A stretch of 64,000 bases of DNA from contig NC_086097.1 of the NCBI RefSeq assembly GCF_963921235.1, forward strand, positions 239,570,001 through 239,634,000, read 5' to 3'. The position numbers were made by a program, and so were the translations under genes. Within the stretch, counting starts at the first letter, position 1; each line of letters starts with the position of its first letter. The DNA comes from Mobula hypostoma (lineage: Eukaryota). Below the pieces are notes generated by a model. The model had not been told where the DNA came from. It made no database searches and saw only the letters and a program-made list of their open reading frames with translations. Below are positions 51,043 through 59,394 of the stretch, one piece after another.

Positions 51043-51200
51043 TAAACACAAACGATTCTGCAAATGCTGGAAATCTTGTGCAGCACACACCAAATGCTGG
51101 AGAAACTGAGCAAGTCAGGCAGCACCTCTGGAGGGGACAAAATGATTGTTGTTTTATTGACTGTTTATTTCCCTGCATAGATTCTGCCTGACCTGCTGAA
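51043..51200. mobile_element. Decayed palindromic Penelope pLTR derivative
   Basis: aaacacaaacgattctgcaaatgctgg...gtcaggcagcac...ttgactgtttatttccc...ctgcctgacctgctga. Confidence 0.55.
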
Positions 51201-52589
51201 ATTGACAGGGATGAAATGCTGCAGGTGCCTAAACTGGTGGTCCACTTGAAAATGCACTAAGCAGGTACAATGTTCACAATATTGCATAGGAAATGCTGTC
51301 ACTTTGAGTGCAATCATCTGAAATGAATACCTAAGATTGAACAGAATACTTCTGTACATAACCTTGTGCAAATCTTGCCTCTTCCCCTTCCTAAGAATCT
51401 TGTACAATGCAACTTTGGGGTGTCAACAGAAGCTGGGTGATCAGATCCATGCTGTAATTGTAATAAGCTCTTCGGGCCTGTGAGGGGAGCCAGAGAGCAT
51501 TGGGCTGTCAGGTTTTTAGAGCACTTAAACTGGTTAATTGTCTAATGAGATTTTCTTTTGGAGTTCCTTATGTTTTTCTTGAGCAACTCGCTCTTTGTTA
51601 TGTGGTCTCCAGGCGCTTTCTGTATAAACTTGTTAAGTTTATTTTAATAGGCTTGGGGATTTCATGTTACTTGTATTATTTAAGCAGACAGACAATCAGC
51701 GCAGTTCACAAGGTCCTAATTTTGAAAGTGTTTTGTCTTGCGGTGTCACTCCGTCAAGCCACCAATGCTCTGCTGGAACTCTTATGAATAAAAGCTGCTT
51801 GTCATCTCTACGTCGAAGTCTGTCTTTCCTCCATACTTGGGTTCTGACATTGCTAGCGCATACTGTGACAGTAATGACAAATAGGTTGCTCTGTTTCGAA
51901 AGTTCCCATTTTGGAATTGTTCACCTGCATGTGGATAGACAATGGAACACAAGTTTACATGTTGGATTTTTACTGTAAAGAAAGAGGGCAAATTGGGGAT
52001 GGAGCAATAGGTTAAAACACATTTATCAAAGTCCCTATTGCTTTATTTTCCTTTTACCATTAATCTTTTCAATGCTTTCTTGCACTTCCTCATTGCCATG
52101 GCAATCTAAGCATTTTGGTGCAGATCCTAAAAAGTTAAAAAGATTAACTGTATTTGTCATTTATGCATTGAGGCATCAAAACATACAGTGAAATGTGTGG
52201 TTTGTGTCAACAACCAGCACACTCTTAGGATTGCAATGGGGGCAACCGGCATGTGTCGCCATACTTCTAGAGCCAACATAGCATGCCCAGAACTTACTGA
52301 CCCGAAGATGAAACTGTATGTCTTCAAAAGTTTTTTAGGAAACTGTAGTATACAGAGGAAACACAAACGGTCACGAGGAGAATGTACAAACTTCTTCAAC
52401 AGCGGCGAAAGTTGAACCTGGGCACTTTTGTCGTAAAGCATCACACTATATGCAACGCTACCATGATGCCCATTATAGATTTGAAGAGCCAGGCTAGTGA
52501 ACCTTGTACATTTTTCTTTGAAAGTAGTATGAGTCTTGTGCAAACTCTCATTCAAAAGAACAGAAAACACTTGTGTGATTGACAACTGA

Positions 52590-53170
52590 CAGCTGATACT
52601 CATTTGCACTTTGGTAGGACAAACTTGAGTATATCTGACACAATGAATGGTAGGGCACTGAGGAGTGTGGTAGAACAAAGTGATTTGGGAATACAGATAC
52701 ATAATTCATGTAAATGAGGTTGAAAGAGTGCAGAGAAAATTCACAAGGATGCTGCCAGGTCTGGTGGACCTGAGAAATAAGGAAAGATTGAATAAGTTAG
52801 AACTGTATTCTTTAGAACATAGAAGATTGAGAGGAGATTTGATAGAGGTACACAAAATTATGAGTGGTATTGATAGGGTTAAAGCAGACAGGCTTTTTCC
52901 ACTGAGATTGGATGGGGCTACAACTAGAGATCATTGCTTAAGGGTGAAAGGTGAGATGTTTAAGAGGAACATGAGGGGAAACTTCTTCACTCAGAGGGTA
53001 GTGAGAGTGTGGGACGAGCAGCCAGCATGTGGTCCATGCGAGCTAGATTTCAATGTTTAGGAGAAGTTTAAGCAAAGGTCCCAGTGTAGTATGAAGGGCG
53101 TAGGCAGTTTAAATGGTTTCAACATGGACTAGATGGGCAAAGGGATCTGTTTCTGTGCTGTACTTCTCAA
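52590..53170 (+). mobile_element. Old CR1 3' fragment
   Basis: ERVQRKFTRMLPGL...YSLEHRRLRGDLIEVHKIM...NFFTQRVVRVW. Confidence 0.8.
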
Positions 53171-53584
53171 AGACTCTGACAGCTGATGCTCCATGCTGTT
53201 CCCTCTACAGATGAAGACATCATTGCAAAGGGCTGTGTCATCACGCTTGAGATAGACTTTCCAACCTTCCTGCCAGATGACACAGAGTGGCTGGGAGAGC
53301 TGCCATTTCCAACCCATGTCACTTACGGCTGCTCCAGATGCTAGTGGATGACTCCTGAGGTATAACATTTCCAACCAGCTGTACAGAGTCCGAAATATCC
53401 CACACCTTCAGATGTGAACTTTCCAAGCTAGCTGTGTTTCTACCATACCCCTTCATTGTTTGAAGGTACATGGGACTAATACACAAGAGTGGAGCCGAGG
53501 TTAAAGATGAACATATTGAACACTGGAGAAAGCACAAGAGGCGAAATAGCCTACTCCTCTTTCTGTTTCTTAATTGCTTCTTAT

Positions 53585-53950
53585 TGACAACAGATCAACA
53601 TTCAATCAACCCATCAAAACTAATCAATAAGCTTCAAGACTTTGGCCTCAATACCTCCTTGTGCAATTGGATTCTCAGTTTCCTCACTTGCAGACGCCAG
53701 TAAGTTTGGATTGGCGACAACATTGTCTCCACAATCTCCAACAGCACAGGTGCACCACAAGGCTGTGTGCTTAGTCCCCTGCTCTACTCGCTTCATACTT
53801 CTGACTGTGCGGATAAGCACAGCTCCAATGCCATATTTAAATTTGCTGATGACCCACTGTCGCTGGCTGAATCAAAGGTGGTGAGGAATCAAATTATAGG
53901 ACGGAGATTGAGACTTAGGAAGAGGCGGAGTGGAGTAACAATGGTGCTAA
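53585..53950 (+). mobile_element. Rex1/Babar RT fragment
   Basis: [23 protein letters not shown]...GAPQGCVLSPLLYSLHTSDC...KFADD. Confidence 0.75.
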
Positions 53951-53989
53951 ACGGAAACAGCTCTAGTTCCATCTTGTTGTAGTTTGGCC

Positions 53990-55993
53990 CTAACCTTATT
54001 GTTAAACCCGCCGATAAGGGGGGTGCTGTTGTAGTCTGGCGTACTGACCTCTACCTTGCCAAGGCACAGCGACAAATCGCGGATACCTCCTCTTATTGAC
54101 CCCTCGATCGTGACCCCACTAAGGAGCACCAGGCCATTGTCTCCCACACCATCACCGACTTTATCCGCTCAGGGGATCTCCCATCCACTGCTACCAACAC
54201 TTATAGTTCCCACACCTCGCACTTCCCGTTTCTACCTCCTACCCAAGATCCACAAACCTGCCTGTCCTGGCCGATCTATTGTCTCAGCTTGCTCCTGCCC
54301 CACCGAACTCGTTTCTGCATACCTCGACACGGTTTTATCCCCCCTTGTTCAATCCCTTCCGACCTATGTTCGTGACACTTCTCATGCTCTTAAACTTTTC
54401 GATGATTTTAAGTTCCCTGGCCCCCACCGCTTTATTTTCACCATGGATGTCCAGTCCCTATATACTTCCATCCCCCATCAGGAAGGTCTCAAAGCTCTAC
54501 GCTTCTTTTTGGATTCCAGACATAATCAGTTCCCCTCTACCACCACTCTGCTCCGTCTAGCGGAATTAGTCCTTACTCTTAATAATTTCTCCTTTGGCTC
54601 CTCCCACTTCCTCCAAACTAAAGGTGTAGCTATGGGCACCTGTATGGGTCCTAGCTATGCCTGCCTTTTTGTTGGGTTTGTGGAACAATCTATGTTCCGT
54701 GCCTATTCTGGTACCTGTCCCCCACTTTTCCTTTGCTACATCGACGACTGCATTGGCGCTGCTTCCTGCACGCATGCAGAGCTCGTTGACTTTATTAACT
54801 TTGCCTCCAACTTTCACCCTGCCCTCAAGTTTACCTGGTCCATTTCCGACACCTCCCTCCCCTTTCTAGATCTTTCTGTCTCTGGACACAGCTTATCCAC
54901 TGATGTCTACTATAAGCCTACTGACTCTCACAGCTATCTGGGCTATTCCTCTTCTCACCCTGTCTCTTGCAAAAACGCCATCCCCTTCTCGCAATTCCTC
55001 CGTCTCCACCGCATCTGCTCTCAGGATGAGGCTTTTCATTCTAGGACGAGGGAGGTGTCTTCCTTTTTTAAAGGAAGGGGCTTCCCTTCCTCCACTATCA
55101 ACTCTGCTCTTAAACGCATCTCCCCCATTTCACGTACATCTGCTCTCACTCCATCCTCCCGCCACCCCACTAGGATAGGGTTCCCCTGGTCCTCACCTAC
55201 CACCCCACCAGCCTCCGGGTCCAACATATTATTCTCCGTAACTTCCGCCACCTCCAACGAGATCCCACCACTAAGGACATCTTTTCCTCCCCCCACCCCC
55301 TGCATTCTGCAGGGATCGCTCCCTACGCGACTCCCTTGTCCATTCGTCCCCCCCATCCCTCCCCACTGATCTCCCTCCTGGCACTTATCCGTGTAAGCGG
55401 AACAAGTGCTACACATGCCCTTACACTTCCCTTACCACCATTCAGGGCCCCAAACAGTCCTTCCAGGTGAGGCAACACTTCACCTGTGAGTCGGCTGGAG
55501 TGATATACTGCGTCCGGTGCTCCCGATGTGGCCTTTTATATATTGGCGAGACCCGACGCAGACTGGGAGACCGCTTTGCTGAACACCTACGCTCTGTCTG
55601 CCAGAGAAAGCAGGATCTCCCAGAGTGGCCACACATTTTAATTCCACATCCCATTCCCATTTTGACATGTCTATCCACGGCCTCCTCTAATGTAAAGATG
55701 AAGCCACACTCAGGTTGGAGGAAAAACACCTTATATTCCATCTGGGTAGCCTCCAACCTGATGGCATGAACATCGACTTCTCTAACTTCCGCTAATGCCC
55801 CACCTCCCCCTCGTACCCCATCTGTTACTTATTTTTATACGCACATTCTTTCTCTCACTCTCCTTTTTCTCCCTCTGTCCCTCTGAATATACCCCTTGCC
55901 CATCCTTTGGGTTCCCCGCCCCTTGTCTTTCTTCCAGGACCTCCTGTCCCATGATCCTCTCGTATCCCTTCTGCCAATCACCTGTCCAGCTCT
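53990..55993 (+). mobile_element. Penelope-like element (Neptune-type): RT, Cys linker, GIY-YIG endonuclease and 3' UTR; 5'-truncated and frameshifted
   Basis: KPADKGGAVVVW; FYLLPKIHK; MDVQSLYTSIP; KGVAMGT..GPSYACLF; YIDD; YYKPTDSHSYL; linker CKRNKCYTC (about 55392-55418); GVIYCVRCSRCGLLYIGETRRRLGDRFAEH. Confidence 0.93.
54056..55369 (+). pseudogene. Largest open segment of the Penelope RT
   Basis: 437-aa ORF containing the RT core motifs; true frame entered and left by frameshifts. Confidence 0.85.
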
Positions 55994-56550
55994 TATTGGA
56001 AAATGTAAACGCATACATTGTATTTTCTATATTTACTATATATGTATTACAGTATTTACTCAACAGTATTTCAGTATTTACTCGAATGCACACAGAGGGT
56101 ATTCACTATGTAGCCATGACTTTTGACCTAATCACTATTCATTCATGAAGAGAACTAGAATGAAACCAAGTAGAAAGATAACGGTGGCGAGTAAGGTAAT
56201 GAAATATGTGGCAGTATGTCAAAACAAGACTAAGTAAGAAATAACTGTGTTTAGGGATGAGGGGACACCTGGTCTAAAATATAAACTAGGACATCATTAA
56301 ATTGGGGAGTAAAACAATAGTGGAAAGTCGAGAGCGGATATATTGATGATATGTAATCACAGGCCGACTGGATTTGATAATGTAGCTAAGATAGGAAATT
56401 GCTATAAAAAATGCTGTATACAAGCCTCGGGGGGCAGTCAGCAACTAGCTTTCTGATTGTCTCAGCTTTGATTTGCAAATTAAAGTTTAAAACTTCTTGA
56501 AGGATTTTCTGCGTCTCCTTGTCGTTTGTGAGAAACGAGAAACCACGACA
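55994..56550 (+). repeat. ERV 5' LTR (left edge approximate)
   Basis: Begins where Penelope homology stops. TATAAAA at 56403-56409, ATTAAA at 56479-56484, and ends ...CACGACA 4 nt before the PBS. Confidence 0.75.
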
Positions 56551-56554
56551 AAAT

Positions 56555-56572
56555 TGGCGTCACGAACAGGAT
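56555..56572 (+). promoter_or_regulatory. Primer-binding site complementary to tRNA-Ser(CGA)
   Basis: TGGCGTCACGAACAGGAT is the reverse complement of ...ATCCTGTTCGTGACG-CCA, the 3' end of a vertebrate tRNA-Ser(CGA) as recalled. Confidence 0.8.
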
Positions 56573-57229
56573 CGGACAGAGACCCTCGAGGAAGGGAACG
56601 GCAGATTGGGACGCTTCCCGGTCCCTCGGGGACCCTCACGGGGCTAACAGAATTAAGGGTGCACCCAAAGTAAAAAGGTGAGCGCTTTTTGCGATAATTC
56701 GGACTAAGAATTCTGTTGGTTTTGGGGGGTCTCGGGGACTCAGAAGTGTGAAGCAACTGCCGAAGGGTCTCTCCGATCCAAAGAATCTGGCAGAATTGGG
56801 GATAAAAGGAGGCTCAGAGGATTAATCAAGAGCACGGCCGTGGGGGTAAGTACGAATAAAGTAATAACAAGTTATGTAAGAAAATTCCACGTGGTGTTGG
56901 TAAGTCCCTGTGGATACCGCTTCGCACGAAACGAAGGGCTGAACAGGCAGGGAAGGAGAATTAAAAATCCTCGTGAATACCGCCTTAAGAAGTGTAAGGG
57001 TCTGCAAAGGCGAGGTGTAAAAGGAAAAGGTTCTGTGGAAACCGCCCTAAGTAGGGGTCTGCACGGGCAGAACGTAGTAAGAGATAGATAGTTTAATAGA
57101 TAATTCCGACGCGGGTGAGATAAACCATAAGGCTAGGCATAGAAATGGAGTTAGAAAAATAGTACTATTAAATAGGCAAGTAGTGAGATTCTAAAAATAC
57201 CGTAATAGAAAAAGGAAAAAGAGAACAAC

Positions 57230-59394
57230 ATGACAGAGAAAGGAACAGCAGTAGAAATATTGAGCAGAAAATTCCCGGTGTGTCAAGGTAAGATCGCGGA
57301 AATTTCAGAAAAATGGGAAAAAAAGGACGAAAGAACTGGTCACGAATTGGCCAAGAGAAGGAACATTTGATGTAAGCTTATGTGAGGAAATGGAAGCGCT
57401 AATTAAAAATCGCAAACCCAAAGATAAATCTAAGAAAAGAGAAGGAAAAAGGGAACAAGAAATGGAAGTGTTAAAACTCTTTAGGATGGAGGGAGAAAGG
57501 TTAAGAAAGACGGGAAATATATTAACAGTAAGTAAAAAAGACACTGAGAAACGAAAGCAGCAGTCTGATAAAGAAAAGGAAAAGCATAACATATAGAGCA
57601 TCGGCTCTATACCCAGACCTGAAAGACGTAGAAAAACCTCCTCCCTATTATGGGAAAGAAACCCTTAAGCAGTGTCCGATGATAACAGGAAGAGTGGATC
57701 TAAATGGAGAAATTAAAGTCTGGGATACCGAGGAGGGAAGAAAGAATCATGAAAAGGAGCGGGAGGAACTACGGAAGGTAATAGAAGAAGACAGGGCAAA
57801 AGTAGAGCAGGAGAGAAGGGAAATAGTAGAAGAGATCAAAGGGTTACAGGAATTAAAAGCGAAAAGGGATGAAGAGAAATCTTTGTTATATGGGCACGGA
57901 ACTGAACAGGCCAGAGCAGAAGGAGACTTGTCGGGAGAGCAAGAGTTAATTAGCGAAGGAGAGGGTACGAGAGAATGTAGGCAGAGGATAGGAGACAGGA
58001 GCCTTGAAGGGGAAAAAGAGAGGGTGAAAAGGCAGATATTAGAAACAGAGGGAGAGATTAGGGAATTACAGCGCAGACTGAATTTCCATCGAGAGCTTGA
58101 GGACTCCGCATGGGCCATAGCAAATGTAGCTCAAGGCAGAAAGGAAGAACTCGGCGAGGAGGCCAAGGGAGAAAGGAAACCCCGGAAAGAATCATGTGGC
58201 AGCCAGTAGAAACGTGCTCAGAAGCAGATGGGGAGTCAGGCGAGGTGGAGAGTCAGGAGATGTGGGAAAGGAAAGGGAGAATGATGCCGTTGTTAGTAAA
58301 AGGATTGGGACAAGTACAGTATATTCCTTGGGACCTGGAAGGGCTGAAAAACACCCCGCCCAGCCTACATGAGGGTGCAGGGAAGTGGATTAGGGCCTTT
58401 GAGGAAGAAACCACGGGACGAATGTTGGCTATGGGAGATTTAAAGGCGCTGCTGATAAGGCTGATGGGAACCTCCAAACTACAAGAGTTGATGGAAGTGG
58501 CTGGCATACAGAATGCGGACAGCACACTGATTGACGGGGCCAGATTTGACACAGTGAGGCAGAGGGTATGGGGGGCCCTCAGGGAGCTCTGTCCACCCAA
58601 AATGGACCCCAAAGCCATGAAAGGGGATCCACTGGGAGACACTGAAAATCCAGCAGCCTATATAGAAAATCAGTTGAAAAGGTGGAGACTGGAAACTGAA
58701 CAAGAGGTGGAAGGCAACCCATTTATGACCTGGATGTTCCGAAATGCTGTTTTGGATGCGATGCCTTCCCAAGTTAAGTCTAAACTTGAGGAAGTGGTTG
58801 GACTGATGTCAATGACCCCACAGGAATTCAGGAACCACATAGTCCATGCGGTCGAAAAATATCGAAAAGACAAACGAAAGTTGACTGAGCAGCAAGAAGA
58901 AGAAAGCTGATATGCAGCTTGAAGAACTTAAAAAGAAGGAAAAAGAAAAAGGCAAGAAGATGCAGCCAGCAATGACCGATTTAAGCACAGCCGTTGAAAT
59001 GAATGAAATGCCATTATATGGAGGGACCGGTCGTGCCGTAAGACAGAGCCCAGAAAACCCCATGCCAATAATAAACGTCTTTGGGGGTGCTTTTCCACAA
59101 ATGCCCTATCAGGGACAGGATAAATTTAAACAGCAGCCCAGACAGGACTGGAAATCCCAAGGAAGGGGGCAGAGAGGTTATGGGCAGGAAGGACCAGTAA
59201 GGAAACAGCGGGGAAGAGAGATACAGAGACTGTGCTGGGGATGTAACCAACCAGGACACATAAGAAGAGACTGCCCACTTAGGCCATGGGCCGTCACATA
59301 CCAGCGGGAACCAATGAGAGGGGAACCACAGTCTAGCCAAGGACCAGACCCCGCAGGGCCGAATGGACCCGTGAACCCCTATGCAAGACATTAG
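57230..59394 (+). pseudogene. gag: ERV gag, about 4 frameshifts
   Basis: ATG at 57230; matrix motif WPREGTFD; LYPDL and PPPY at 57607-57648; E/R/K coiled coil; capsid YIPW...GAGKWI...ENPAAYIE; CWGCNQPGHIRRDC zinc knuckle at 59233-59274; TAG at 59392-59394. Confidence 0.88.

Noticed and set aside
306..53984. Numerous 60-230 aa ORFs in the ORF track
   Set aside because: They are TE fragments, antisense shadows of TE ORFs, or low-complexity frames. None supports a host gene.
56840..57091. Accessory ORF in the ERV leader (83 aa)
   Set aside because: Non-ATG start and no recognisable motif. It cannot be supported without conservation data.
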